This document shows, piece after piece, positions 45,492-55,480 of a stretch of DNA of 63,260 nucleotides. Source of the stretch: Myxococcales bacterium. GTDB lineage: Bacteria; Myxococcota; Myxococcia; Myxococcales; UBA5297. The first letter of the stretch is position 1. Each line of letters opens with the position of its first letter. A program made the position numbers and the translations under genes. The stretch is from NCBI GenBank assembly GCA_031262165.1, contig JAISIF010000213.1:1-63260 (forward strand), read 5' to 3'. The notes under the pieces are model-generated. The model had not been told where the DNA came from, did not search any database, and saw only the letters and a list, made by a program, of their open reading frames with translations.

Positions 45492-45645
45492 AGAAAACGC
45501 TTCTTCGCGATCGAGATCGCCAGAATCCGACCGCCCTCACCGCGCTTCCCTCCCAGGCCTCCTCGCCTTCCCCAACACCCCTCCAACCTCTTCTGGCGCG
45601 GCGCCTCGCACCGTGGCGCAGCCCAAACCCCCAAGGAGTTTCGAC

Positions 45646-46896
45646 ATGATGGAAAACTACACCGACCTCGTCCCTCAGGCCGCAGCCAAGATCCGCGTCG
45701 TCGGCGTCGGTGGCGGTGGCTGCAACGCCATCAGCACCATGATCGCCGCTGGCGTGGAGCAGATCGACTTCATCGCCTGCAACACGGACATCCAGGCGCT
45801 CGACATCAACAAGGCGCCGACCAAGATCCAGATCGGTGGCGATCTGACGCGCGGCCTGGGCGCGGGCGCGAACCCCGAGATCGGGCGTCAGGCCGCCACC
45901 GAGAGCCACGAGGAGATCGAGCGGGCGCTGAGCGGCGCGGACATGGTCTTCGTGACGGCTGGCATGGGCGGCGGCACTGGGACGGGCGCTGCGCCGATCA
46001 TCGCCGACATCGCCAAGTCGATGGGCATCCTCACGGTCGGCGTGGTCACCAAGCCCTTCATCTTCGAGGGCCGCAAGCGCTCCAAGCAGGCCGAGCAGGG
46101 CATCGTCGAGCTGAAGGCCGCGGTCGATACGCTCATCACCATCCCGAACCAGAAGCTCGTCGACGCGTCGCGCGACACTCGCCTCGGCATCCGCGAGGCC
46201 TTCAAGCTGGCCGACAGCGTCCTGCTCAACGCTGTCCAGGGCATCAGCGACCTGATCCAACGCCATGGCTACATCAACCTGGACTTCGCCGACGTGAAGA
46301 CCGTGATGTTCGAGCGCGGCCTCGCCCTCATGGGCACGGGGCGCGGCTCGGGTGAGAGCCGCACCGTGGACGCAATGAAGCAGGCCATCTCCAGCCCGCT
46401 GCTCGAAGACGTGAGCATCGATGGCGCCACGGGGATGCTCATCAACATCACGGGCCCCGAAGACCTCGGCCTGCACGAAGTCCAGGAGGCTGTCCTGCTC
46501 GTCCAGGAGGCCGCCGATCCCGATGCCGAGATCATCTATGGCTCGGTCATCGAGCCCGACAGCGACGAGGTGAAGGTGACGATCATCGCCACGGGCTTCT
46601 CGCCCAAGGAGAGCCAGCAGAAGCGTGGCATCCCGGCGGCCCGCGGCGCTGGTGTCGCGACCCTCCCGGCCATGAATGCCTTTGGGAGCAACATGCCAGC
46701 CCCCTCGCTCCCGCCGCTGCGCGTCGAAGAGTTCGACGTGATGCCACTGCCCTTGGTGGGCCTGGGGGGAGGCAAGGTGGTCGAGAAGTGCTCGCCCTTC
46801 CCCGAGATGGAGACGCTCTCGCTTCCCTTCACCAACAAGCAGGGCTTGAACGAAGAAGATCGCCTCGACATCCCGACCTTCCTGCGCAAGCAGTGA
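45646..46896 (+). CDS. ftsZ: Cell division protein FtsZ
   Basis: 416 aa from ATG 45646, with AAGGAG 7 nt upstream. [25 protein letters not shown] and [18 protein letters not shown] (tubulin signature). C-terminal peptide DIPTFLRKQ. The track start at 45466 lies within the REP-containing spacer. Confidence 0.96.
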   Translation: MMENYTDLVPQAAAKIRVVGVGGGGCNAISTMIAAGVEQIDFIACNTDIQALDINKAPTKIQIGGDLTRGLGAGANPEIGRQAATESHEEIERALSGADMVFVTAGMGGGTGTGAAPIIADIAKSMGILTVGVVTKPFIFEGRKRSKQAEQGIVELKAAVDTLITIPNQKLVDASRDTRLGIREAFKLADSVLLNAVQGISDLIQRHGYINLDFADVKTVMFERGLALMGTGRGSGESRTVDAMKQAISSPLLEDVSIDGATGMLINITGPEDLGLHEVQEAVLLVQEAADPDAEIIYGSVIEPDSDEVKVTIIATGFSPKESQQKRGIPAARGAGVATLPAMNAFGSNMPAPSLPPLRVEEFDVMPLPLVGLGGGKVVEKCSPFPEMETLSLPFTNKQGLNEEDRLDIPTFLRKQ

Positions 46897-46926
46897 GGTC
46901 CACGCGGACGATCGACGCAGACGAAG

Positions 46927-46960
46927 ACGCCGCCCTCGATGCCTCGGGGACGGCGTTTTT
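46927..46960 (+). terminator. Rho-independent terminator after ftsZ
   Basis: Stem ACGCCGCCC / GGG(GA)CGGCGT, 10-nt loop, then TTTTT. It closes the dcw cluster ahead of the convergent gene. Confidence 0.7.
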
Positions 46961-46983
46961 CGTCGATGGTCGCGACCTTCCGC

Positions 46984-48789
46984 CTACTTCCGGATCGGGC
47001 CTGAGCCCATGACGCCTCCTCGGCTCTCGGGCGAGGGCAGCTCCTTTGGCCCAAAGAGCCAGAGCTGGTAGCCGCCGAAATTGGCGCGGGGGTTGGCGAT
47101 GATCTTCTTGCGACCCGCCAGCCCCTTCTCGGCTGTCTCGATGAACAGGCGGTAGCCGGTCACGTCGGGCGCGCCGCGCCACGCAGCCGATTCGAGCTTG
47201 AAGCGCTCGGCGTCACCTTCCGCCCGCAGCCGCTTGTCGACCTCGAACGAGACAGCCTCGCTGATGCGCGCGGCACTCTCGGCGCGTGCCTTGGGGATGG
47301 CGTCGTTGCGGCGCGCCTCGGCTTGCTGGAGCACCTTGAGCTGGTCCTCGCGCGCCGAGAACACGTCGCGGAAGGCCTGGATCACGGCGGATGGTGGCCG
47401 CGCCTCGGTCAGGAGCAGATCGACGAGCTCCAGATCGAGCGCGAGCGCCTCGACCTCCTCGCGCACGCGCGCCTCGACGCGGGCGAGGATGCGCGGCTGC
47501 TCCTGGGTGAGGATCGCGTCGGTCGTCTCGGTCGCCAGGACCTCGCGCACGGCGGACTCGGCGAGCGCCCGGACCATCTCGTCGGCCGCGCGCGCCCGGA
47601 ACAGCGCCGTGAGCGCGCTGGGAGAGCGGTAGTGGAGCACGAAGTTCAGATCCACGAGGCTCTCGTCGCCCGCGATGAAGAGCGACTCGTCGAACAGGCG
47701 CTGATGCTGTCCGTCGAGCGCAGTGCGAAAGCCGATCTCGACGCGCCGGATCTCGTTGGTCCGCACGCGCTCGATCTCCTCGAAGGGCCAGGGCAACGCG
47801 AGGTGCAGGCCAGGCGGCAGATTCGCGGAGACGATGTGGCCAAAGCGCAGGCGCACTCCCGTCTCTCCTGGCTGGACCGCGGTGAGCCCAGAGAGGGCCC
47901 ACGCGGCGAGCGCGCAGGCGGTGATGCCGAGCGCCCAGCGCTCTGGATGGCGTGGCCACCTCGCGGCAAAGCTCGACCACAATCTTTGACGCGAGGCTGG
48001 CCGCCGCTCACTCGTCCCGAGCGTCGGCGCAGGATCGGTTCGAGGTGATTCGGGCGACGCGCCGCTGCGCACGGCGGTCCAGACCCGCCTCGAGCCGCGC
48101 GCCATCCAGTCGCCCAAATCGTCCGTCTTGAGCGGCTCGCCGCTGAGCAGCGCCCGCGTCGAGGCGATGAACAGCTCGATGCCCGTCACGCCGATGAGGA
48201 TCGCGATGAGGCCGGCCACGATGGGATCGGCACGAATGCCGATGGCGTCGCCCATGAGCGCGAACATCACCACGATGGAGCTCAAGAAGTCGGTGCTGGA
48301 GTGGTAGCCGTCCGCGGTCAAGGCGCTGGAACCGGTGGCCTTGCCCACGTGCAGCTTGAGGCGCGCGATGAAGCCGGTCAGCGCGAGGCAGAAGAGCAGG
48401 CCGCCGATGCCCCAGCCGAGGTTCGAGATCGGCACGCTCTTTCGTTCGAGCAGCGTCGAGACGATCTCGTAGGGCGCGTAGAGGATCAGGCAGGCGATGG
48501 CGTAGGCAAGCCCAGCCTCGACGCGGCACAGGCGCCGAGCGCGATGATCGGCGCCAGCGCTCTCCTCGTCGCCGCTGACATCGCCCGCGCGCCGCTCGAC
48601 ACGCTTTCGAAAGCACAGGCCCAGCAGGACCACGAACGAGACGGCCAGATCCGAGGCGCTGTGCAGCGCATCGGCGAAGAGCGCGAGACTCCCGGTGAAC
48701 ACGCCCAGCGTTGCCTTGATCGAGATCAGGACGAGGTCGGTGGCGATGGAGAGAAGCGAGGTTCGGATGCGGCGATCGGCCTGCGTCAT
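46984..48789 (-). CDS. Fusion protein: cation diffusion facilitator (CDF) transmembrane domain + TM linker + HflK/HflC-like SPFH (band 7) domain
   Basis: 601 aa from ATG 48789. CDF TM2/TM5 metal-site motifs FADALHSASD and ADGYHSSTDFLSS. After about 330 aa, GETGVRLRFGHIVSANLPPGLHLALPWPFEEIERV (HflK-type SPFH start), followed by a long coiled coil. No CDF cytoplasmic C-terminal domain is evident. Confidence 0.75.
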   Translation of the reverse strand: MTQADRRIRTSLLSIATDLVLISIKATLGVFTGSLALFADALHSASDLAVSFVVLLGLCFRKRVERRAGDVSGDEESAGADHRARRLCRVEAGLAYAIACLILYAPYEIVSTLLERKSVPISNLGWGIGGLLFCLALTGFIARLKLHVGKATGSSALTADGYHSSTDFLSSIVVMFALMGDAIGIRADPIVAGLIAILIGVTGIELFIASTRALLSGEPLKTDDLGDWMARGSRRVWTAVRSGASPESPRTDPAPTLGTSERRPASRQRLWSSFAARWPRHPERWALGITACALAAWALSGLTAVQPGETGVRLRFGHIVSANLPPGLHLALPWPFEEIERVRTNEIRRVEIGFRTALDGQHQRLFDESLFIAGDESLVDLNFVLHYRSPSALTALFRARAADEMVRALAESAVREVLATETTDAILTQEQPRILARVEARVREEVEALALDLELVDLLLTEARPPSAVIQAFRDVFSAREDQLKVLQQAEARRNDAIPKARAESAARISEAVSFEVDKRLRAEGDAERFKLESAAWRGAPDVTGYRLFIETAEKGLAGRKKIIANPRANFGGYQLWLFGPKELPSPESRGGVMGSGPIRK

Positions 48790-48815
48790 GTGCGTGCGTC
48801 CGGTGGGTTGGTGCG

Positions 48816-49532
48816 TCAGTCCTGGGTGTTGCGCGTCCTGCGAGAGATGGGGATGCCCGTCTGTCGCCGCGAGCCCATCTCGAGGATCTCGTTGTCGGTC
48901 TGGCGAAACACGCGCTTGGAGACCTGGCGGCCTTGGCTGAAGAGCGTCTCGAGCATCGGCTTGCCATCGAGGAAGTAGGCGCGCGCCACGCCGTCCTTGA
49001 GCCCCTCTCGATATGAGACGATCTCGCGCAGAACCGTGGCCTCGTCGTCGAGCTTCCCGGATGGCGCGGCCCACTGGGGGAAGATGCCCTCCCAGCGCTC
49101 ACCATCGCGCAGCACGCCGCAGCCAACGGACTCCCCCGAAGGGCTGAAGAAGCAGTGCTCCTCGATGGCCACGCCGCGATCGCTCCACTCGCGCGCCATG
49201 ATCTTCGGCGATCCATTCGACCAACGCTGGAGGGGCATGGGCTCGTCTGCGCTGGGCGGCGCGACGATCGATCGGAAGGATTCGATGGGCGTCAGCACGT
49301 CTTGCGACCGGGCAAAGGAGAGCATGCCGAGCGACACGTCATTCGAAACAGGGGCGTTGTGCAGCGTGACACCGTCCTTGAGCTTGCGCTCGTTCGTCGC
49401 GCCACTCGGCGCGCTGTCGGACGACGACTTGAGCAGGGCCAAGCCAGCGCCGAGCGCGATCGGCAGGCCGATCAGAAACAGCAGGACGGGCACCCGAGAG
49501 CCTGCCCGCGGCATACGCGCGTCACCCGTCAT
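48816..49532 (-). CDS. Membrane-anchored/secreted hypothetical protein, tentatively MORN-variant (YwqK-like) repeats
   Basis: 238 aa. N-terminal hydrophobic anchor VPVLLFLIGLPIALGAGLALL. YREGLKDGVARAYFLDGKPMLETLFSQGRQ resembles a MORN-variant repeat. Its start overlaps the stop of the upstream lipoprotein gene (ATGA). Confidence 0.6.
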   Translation of the reverse strand: MTGDARMPRAGSRVPVLLFLIGLPIALGAGLALLKSSSDSAPSGATNERKLKDGVTLHNAPVSNDVSLGMLSFARSQDVLTPIESFRSIVAPPSADEPMPLQRWSNGSPKIMAREWSDRGVAIEEHCFFSPSGESVGCGVLRDGERWEGIFPQWAAPSGKLDDEATVLREIVSYREGLKDGVARAYFLDGKPMLETLFSQGRQVSKRVFRQTDNEILEMGSRRQTGIPISRRTRNTQD

Positions 49533-50095
49533 CGTTCATCATCCTGGTCCTGGTCTTGACTCTGCTCCTGGACAACCGGCGCGGCGCTCACGTCGAAGCA
49601 GGCACTCGTCGCGGCGGAGGTGTCGATGGACCACTCGTAGCTGACCACCGACCTGCCCTCGAGCGCGGACCGCAGCTCTTCGCCATCGGCAAAGCCGTCG
49701 CTGATGGCCACGAGCACCACGTGCATCCCTGGTGTGTGGCTGGCGACCTTGAAGGTGAAATTCGGCCCTGGCCGGAGCACCTCGTCGCTCTGGACAGGCA
49801 GCCGCTGCGAAGCGCGGAGCACGCCATCGATGAACCAGCGCGCCGTGAGTTCGTCGGCCAGATCGCGTTCCTCGATCGCACCGATCGAGAGGTGGATCGC
49901 GCAGTCCTGGGGCGCGAGCACAGCGCCGTTTCGGGGCGCGACCGTCTCTTCGACGATGCGCGGCGCCCAGTTCTCCGCGGGAGGCAATGCCTCCTGCTCT
50001 TCGAGCGCTTCGGTGACGAGGCATGCGGCGGTGCTCAGGGTCAGAAGCGCGCTCAGGAAGAGCGGGACGGATGGATGTCGAGGCAGGAAGGACAT
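49529..50095 (-). CDS. Lipoprotein of unknown function
   Basis: 188 aa from ATG 50095; ATG 50128 is an alternative. Lipobox LTLSTAAC. Acidic C-terminal tail QEQSQDQDQDDER. It is the first gene of a three-gene minus-strand operon. Confidence 0.6.
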   Translation of the reverse strand: MSFLPRHPSVPLFLSALLTLSTAACLVTEALEEQEALPPAENWAPRIVEETVAPRNGAVLAPQDCAIHLSIGAIEERDLADELTARWFIDGVLRASQRLPVQSDEVLRPGPNFTFKVASHTPGMHVVLVAISDGFADGEELRSALEGRSVVSYEWSIDTSAATSACFDVSAAPVVQEQSQDQDQDDER

Positions 50096-50311
50096 GGGCG
50101 GTAAGATCGACAAAAGGTCGAACGCCATAGCCCAAGCGCCGACGTTTCTGAATTTTCTGCCAGGAGCGCCGATGAAGAGGGCGCTCGCCCGTATCGACCA
50201 GGGCGGCAAGGCCAGCTGACTTTGGCGCTTTCGATCGGAAGCGATGCCTCTTCGGTAGTGGAGATCAACAGATCGCCCATCGTGCGTTTGCGCCACTCCG
50301 TCGTTTGCAGC

Positions 50312-50379
50312 GCGTTGCGCACGACGCCCCTACACGTCCCGAACTCACATCGAAAAAAACAGAATTCGACCGCCCTGCC
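50312..50379 (+). repeat. Diverged copy of the GC-palindrome + AAAAAAACAGAATTCGACCGCCCTG module
   Basis: GCGTTGCGCACGACGCCCCTACACGTCCCGAACTCACATCGAAAAAAACAGAATTCGACCGCCCTGCC. Compare 483-547. Confidence 0.65.
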
Positions 50380-50517
50380 ACCTTCTCCAAACCCTCTGGA
50401 CAGCGCGACTTTTCCTGATACACGGCGCGCCCTTTTCATTCTGGGATCCCCCTCTCCTTTCCCGGTTTTTGGATACAATTTCGAACTTCGTTCGGTCTTC
50501 GAGGCAGCAACCGACCC

Positions 50518-51744
50518 ATGACACCCCGCCGCGTCGTCATCACAGGAATTGGCCTGACATCTCCCATTGGCAACAGCCTCGACGACGTCTCCAAGGCGCT
50601 TCGAGCAGGCAAGAGCGGTGTGCGCGTCATGGCCGATTGGGCCAACGTCGATGGCCTGGCCACACGGATCGGCGCGCCGTGTGACGCCGATCTCTCGATC
50701 CTGCCCAAGAAGCAGACGCGCACCATGGGTCGCGTCGCGCTGCTCTCCACCTGGGCCACGCAGAAGGCGATCGAGAGCGCGGGGTTGACGCAGGCGCAGC
50801 TGTCGAATCCGAGGACCGGGCTCGCCTATGGATCGACCTCTGGCTCGATGCCCGCGTTCCAGCAGTTCTCGGAGCGCCTGCTTCACAACAACACGACGAG
50901 CGGCATCCCGAGCAGCTGCTACCTCAAGCTGATGAGCCACACGGCGCCAGCCAACCTGGCGGCCTATTTCGCGATCCACGGGCGTGTGCTCACGACGTGC
51001 TCTGCGTGCGTCTCGTCGTCGCAGGCCATCGGCTACGGCTACGAGGCCATCCGCTATGGCCTGCAAGACACGATGCTCGTGGGCGGCGCCGAAGAGATCC
51101 ACGTGGCCAACGCGGCTGTCTTCGACATCATGTTCGCCACCTCGCGCCGCTACAACGACGCTCCCGAGCGCTCTCCACGCCCCTTCGACAAGGACCGCGA
51201 CGGCCTGGTGACGGGCGAGGGGGCAGCCACGCTGATCCTCGAGTCGCTCGAACATGCGCAGGCGCGTGGTGCCCACATCTGGGCAGAGATCGTCGGCTTT
51301 GGGACCAACTGCGATGGCGCGCACCTGACCGCGCCCGATCTCGGCGGCATGACGCGCGTGATGCGCCTCTCGCTCGACGACGCGGGACTCACGCCGGATC
51401 GCATCGACTACGTGAATGCGCACGCGACCTCGACGGACATCGGCGACGTCACCGAGAGCCGCGCCATCGAGGAGGTCCTCGGCTGCCAGGTGCCCGTCAG
51501 CTCGACCAAGGGCTTCACTGGGCACACGCTGGGCGCATGTGGCGCGATCGAGACGCTGTTCTGCGTGGCGATGCTGCGGGACGGCTTTTTGGCGCACGGC
51601 CTCAACCTCGACGTGCCCGATCCTGCGTGCGCGCCGCTCGACTACGTGATGGGCGGGCCCAGGAAGGCGAGCCCCGAGATCGTGATGAACAACAACTTCG
51701 CGTTCGCCGGGCTCAACACCTCGCTGATCCTGCGGAAGGTATGA
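50518..51744 (+). CDS. Beta-ketoacyl-[ACP] synthase (KAS I/II, FabF-like)
   Basis: 408 aa. RVVITGIGLTSPIG, active-site TTCSACVSSSQAIG, NAHATSTDIGD, KGFTGHTLGACGAIE (Cys-His-His triad) and NNFAFAGLNTSL. No other fatty-acid or polyketide genes are adjacent. Confidence 0.88.
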   Translation: MTPRRVVITGIGLTSPIGNSLDDVSKALRAGKSGVRVMADWANVDGLATRIGAPCDADLSILPKKQTRTMGRVALLSTWATQKAIESAGLTQAQLSNPRTGLAYGSTSGSMPAFQQFSERLLHNNTTSGIPSSCYLKLMSHTAPANLAAYFAIHGRVLTTCSACVSSSQAIGYGYEAIRYGLQDTMLVGGAEEIHVANAAVFDIMFATSRRYNDAPERSPRPFDKDRDGLVTGEGAATLILESLEHAQARGAHIWAEIVGFGTNCDGAHLTAPDLGGMTRVMRLSLDDAGLTPDRIDYVNAHATSTDIGDVTESRAIEEVLGCQVPVSSTKGFTGHTLGACGAIETLFCVAMLRDGFLAHGLNLDVPDPACAPLDYVMGGPRKASPEIVMNNNFAFAGLNTSLILRKV

Positions 51745-51912
51745 GCGAGGCTGCCACGCACGGTCGCCGGACAACCGAGATCTGCATTCGGATGCCGAAA
51801 AGGGAGATGTAGGGACGACGCATGCCTCGCCCGTCGTGTTTGTGTCGACCGACGCTCGACAGGGCGCAGCAAGCAGCGCCCCGGCCAAAACGCATCGCTC
51901 CAGGAGGGCGTA

Positions 51913-52063
51913 GGCCGGGTTGAAGCGATGCGGAAGCCCAGCACGAACGGGCTCTGAAAAGCGATCGCTTCATTCACGAAAAGCCTTTCGTGACGTGTCG
52001 CTGCTGCGGGGTTTGGCGAGCGCTCCATGCCATGCTGGGTTTCCACTTTGCTCCGACCCAGCC
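51913..52063 (+). repeat. MITE-like element, family C, copy 2 (151 bp)
   Basis: Arms are GGCCGGGTTGAAGCGATGCGGAAGCCCAGCA (51913-43) and TGCTGGGTTTCCACTTTGCTCCGACCCAGCC (52033-63). It is followed by a family B/GC-palindrome module at 52090-52163. Confidence 0.75.
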
Positions 52064-52211
52064 TACGGGCTCTGTGTCGAACGACGACCGCGGGGCGCTG
52101 CGCGCAACGCCCCTACGAAACCGCATCGATCCGGATCGATATCGCCAGAACTCGATTGCCGCGTGCCTGTTCTTGACTCTGCGTCTTCGAAACGCAGAAT
52201 CCGCCGCCCTC

Positions 52212-54482
52212 ATGGCCACCCTGCCCCCAGACCTGCCTCAACCATTTGGCAAATACACGCTGCTGAAGAAGCTGGCGCAGGGCGGCATGGCCGAAATCTT
52301 TTTGGCGCGCGCGACCGATTCGGCCCGCCTCTGCGTCATCAAGAGGATCCTGCCAGCGATGGCCAAGGACACGCAGTTCCTCTCGATGTTTCTGACAGAG
52401 GCGCGCGTCGCGGCCCAGCTCGACCACCCCAACATCATCCAGATCTTCGACCTGGGGCGCGAGGGCTCGCACTTCTTCCTGGCGATGGAATACATCGACG
52501 GAACCGATCTGGAGCACCTCGCCAAGCTCTGCGGCGACAAGCTCCCGCCCGACATGATGGCGCGCATCGGCGCGGATCTGTGCGACGCGCTCCACTTCGC
52601 CAACCGCTCGATCGACATGGCCACAGGCAAGCCGCTGAACGTCATCCACCGCGACGTGACGCCGGGCAACGTGATGATCACGCGGCAGGGCGTGGTGAAG
52701 CTCGTGGACTTTGGCGTGGCCAAGGCCACGGCCCAGATCGATCGGACCAAGACCGGCGTGGTCAAGGGCAAGTTCCGCTACATGTCGCCCGAACAGCTCC
52801 AACTCCAAGAGCTCGACGGTCGCAGTGACCTCTTCTCGGTGGGTGTGCTGCTCTACGAGTTGAGCACAGGCACCAAGCCGTTCGATCGGCCGCAGGTCAT
52901 CGAGGTCATCCGCGCACTGACCGCCTGGGATCCGCCACCGCCGCACAAGGCCATCCCGGGCTACCCCAAGGCCATCTCCGAGGCCATCGCGCACGCGCTC
53001 ATCAAGGACCGCAACAAGCGCTACCGCGATGGCACCGAGATGAAGCTGGCCCTCGAAAAGGCCCTCGCAACGCTGCCCGACGTCACGGACGTCCCGGCGT
53101 TCATCGCGCGATACCTGCCACCGCCGATCGCGGTGCCGTCGGCCGTCCCCCAGATGGTCGCGCCGCCGCCGCTCCCAATGGCCGCGCTGGAGCCACCAGC
53201 ACCGCCGATACTCGCGCGCAGGTCGCCGCCAAGAGAGCTCAAGGCGTCGAAGGTGCCCAACAAGGAAAAAGAGCGCTCGCCCACGATCAGGCCTCTGCCC
53301 TCCTTCGAAGAGGATGGGCCCGAAGAAGCCCGCTCGACGAAGATGGGCCTGCCCGTGTTCGATGCGAAAGGCCGGGTCATCGACCCTCGGTTGGCGACAA
53401 CACCGGCACCGGCATCGGCACCGCCAATCCCACCGGCAGCGCTGAAGCCGTCGTCGCCCCTTCGAAGGCGCTCGCCCCTGACCAGCCCCCTCGCCTCCAT
53501 CGAGGAAGAGGACGCCTCGCCCGGCGAAGCCCCGACGAAGATGGGCTTGCCCCTGTTCGACGCGGTCGGTCGGGTGATCGGCCATGAGACGAGGGCGGCG
53601 CCATCAGCGCCCTCCAGGCAGCTCAAGGGCACGAGCGCCAAGAAGCGCCCGCTGCCCGAGCTGGTGGACGCCAGGTCGGCCAAGGCCGTGTCAGCAGTGC
53701 CACCGGCAGGCATCGACCAGTGGACCTGGGACGACGGTGTCTCGTCGGAGGAGGGCACCGTGACAGGGGTCGATCGACCCAAGGCGTTGCCGCCGACCGC
53801 GCCCAAGAATCTGCTCGCCGCGCTGGGCGACGATGCGCCACTGAACTCCGACGGCGAGAACACGGTCAGGGATCGCCGTGGGAAACGCCAGGCATCTGAC
53901 GCGGGCACGAGCGCAGGGCGGGCGTCTCTGCTCGGCGCCATGGAACCCCTGCCTCGACCTGGCCAACCGCATCCACACGTCAAGACAGCGGCGGCGCTCC
54001 CCAGCAGAGCCCAGAACCCGCGGCGCCCCATCTCCCTCCCCTCGTATTCGGATGACGCGGACCTCGTCGACGACGATGCCGACATGGACGCCGCTTCGGA
54101 GGTTGTCAGGAGAGTCACCCAGCCCACCGGGGCGCCGAGTTTCCCAGAGCATCCGGGCGCGCCAAGCCCTCGCCGCCTGTCACTCCCCCTCATCATCGCC
54201 CTCGCCGCGCTGATCCTGCTGGGCGCCATGGGCGGCGGTGTCATCTACGTCACGCTCCAGAAACCAGCGGCAGGGCCATCTGTGCCGACCGCCAAGGGGC
54301 GCATCGTCATCGATGGCCAGGGCACGGTGTCGTTCGATGGGCGCGCCTGCCGCCTGCCTTGCGTCCGAGACGTCGAGGCCAACACGCCTTACAGAGTCGC
54401 GCACGGCAGCGATCCGACGCGCGTCCGAGAGATCTCCGTCGCGCCAGACGAGACGCGGCGCCTGACGATCGACGAGCTCTGA
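52212..54482 (+). CDS. Ser/Thr protein kinase with a proline-rich linker, one TM helix and a small extracytoplasmic beta-rich (PEGA-like?) domain
   Basis: 756 aa from ATG 52212; the track start at 51990 lies in repeats. FGKYTLLKKLAQGGMAEIFLA, VIKRI, HRDVTPGNVMI, DFGVAK, YMSPEQ and SDLFSVGVLLYEL. TM helix LSLPLIIALAALILLGAMGGGVIYV. C-terminal KGRIVIDGQGTVSFDGRACRLPC. Confidence 0.9.
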   Translation: MATLPPDLPQPFGKYTLLKKLAQGGMAEIFLARATDSARLCVIKRILPAMAKDTQFLSMFLTEARVAAQLDHPNIIQIFDLGREGSHFFLAMEYIDGTDLEHLAKLCGDKLPPDMMARIGADLCDALHFANRSIDMATGKPLNVIHRDVTPGNVMITRQGVVKLVDFGVAKATAQIDRTKTGVVKGKFRYMSPEQLQLQELDGRSDLFSVGVLLYELSTGTKPFDRPQVIEVIRALTAWDPPPPHKAIPGYPKAISEAIAHALIKDRNKRYRDGTEMKLALEKALATLPDVTDVPAFIARYLPPPIAVPSAVPQMVAPPPLPMAALEPPAPPILARRSPPRELKASKVPNKEKERSPTIRPLPSFEEDGPEEARSTKMGLPVFDAKGRVIDPRLATTPAPASAPPIPPAALKPSSPLRRRSPLTSPLASIEEEDASPGEAPTKMGLPLFDAVGRVIGHETRAAPSAPSRQLKGTSAKKRPLPELVDARSAKAVSAVPPAGIDQWTWDDGVSSEEGTVTGVDRPKALPPTAPKNLLAALGDDAPLNSDGENTVRDRRGKRQASDAGTSAGRASLLGAMEPLPRPGQPHPHVKTAAALPSRAQNPRRPISLPSYSDDADLVDDDADMDAASEVVRRVTQPTGAPSFPEHPGAPSPRRLSLPLIIALAALILLGAMGGGVIYVTLQKPAAGPSVPTAKGRIVIDGQGTVSFDGRACRLPCVRDVEANTPYRVAHGSDPTRVREISVAPDETRRLTIDEL

Positions 54483-54634
54483 GGCCTTTGTCGGTCGCTG
54501 GCCCAGGTAGGGCGTCTGCTCGACTTCGGACCGCCTGGAGTGGGCGATTGGGCGGGCCGACATTGAAAATCATCGCTCTCGCCGTTGCCCCTCCCTTCCC
54601 CCCCCCCACCGCTCCAACGCCATCGAGGTGTGCC

Positions 54635-55441
54635 GTGCCCGTATCGCTGACCGTCCTAGGAAGTGGAGATGCCTTCAACAGCGAGGGCCGCGGCAACGCC
54701 TGCTACCTGCTGCGCGACGAGCTGGGCGCCGTGTGCGTGGACTTTGGGCCGACGGCCCTGATGCACCTCAAGGCCTTGGCAGCCCTCGAGCCCGGCCTCG
54801 ACCCCGACGCCATCGACGCGGTGTTCGTCACCCACCTGCACGGCGATCACTTCGGCGGCCTGCACCTGTTGCTCGTGGACGCCGAGTTCAGCGCGCGCAG
54901 GCACAAGCCACTCGTGATCTGCGGGCCGCGCGGCATCGAGGAACATCTGGCGCGCTGGTATGAGCTGGCGTTCGGCAAGGTGCCCGCTTGCCGCGACTTC
55001 GATCTGCGCTTCGTCGAGCTCGATCCAGGTGAGGCACGCGTCGTTCTGGGGCGCCGCGTCACCGCGCTGCCAGCGGCCCACACCTGCCCGGGCCAAGCCC
55101 TGTGCTACCGCTTCGATCTGCCCGAGGCCGCCGTCGCCTTCAGCGGCGACACGGCGTGGACCGACGCGCTGATCGATCTGGCGAAGGACACGGAGCTCTT
55201 CGTCTGCGACTGCACCGAGGCGCCGGGAACGAATCCGCAACATCTGACCTGGGAGGCGCTCGAACCCAAGCTCGACACGCTCCAGACGACCCACCTGCTG
55301 CTCAGCCACCTGGGCCCATCGATGCGCCGCGCTGCGGATCGGATCCAGTGCGCCGCCGGACGCGCCGGAGCGCCCCGTGTGTCCATTGCGGACGACGGCC
55401 TGTGCCTGCGCTGTGGCGCGGCGGCCCAGCCAATCCCGTGA
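54635..55441 (+). CDS. MBL-fold metallo-hydrolase
   Basis: 268 aa from GTG 54635, with GAGG 6 nt upstream. LTVLGSGDAFNSEG, and VFVTHLHGDHFGGL (HxHxDH). Confidence 0.8.
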   Translation: MPVSLTVLGSGDAFNSEGRGNACYLLRDELGAVCVDFGPTALMHLKALAALEPGLDPDAIDAVFVTHLHGDHFGGLHLLLVDAEFSARRHKPLVICGPRGIEEHLARWYELAFGKVPACRDFDLRFVELDPGEARVVLGRRVTALPAAHTCPGQALCYRFDLPEAAVAFSGDTAWTDALIDLAKDTELFVCDCTEAPGTNPQHLTWEALEPKLDTLQTTHLLLSHLGPSMRRAADRIQCAAGRAGAPRVSIADDGLCLRCGAAAQPIP

Positions 55442-55480
55442 CCCCATGGAACCAACGGAACCAACGAAAAGAATCGAATC

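Noticed and set aside
45466-45645. N-terminal extensions suggested by the ORF track: ftsZ from 45466, kinase from 51990, aspS from 607, IscU-like to 21436, rpsT to 9222, ruvC from 24083, psd to 61407
   Set aside because: The extensions run through REP/MITE repeats or lack homology to the families. Internal ATG/GTG codons with AGGAG-type RBSs give canonical N-termini, for example [10 protein letters not shown]... for FtsZ and MANTKSAIKRH... for S20.
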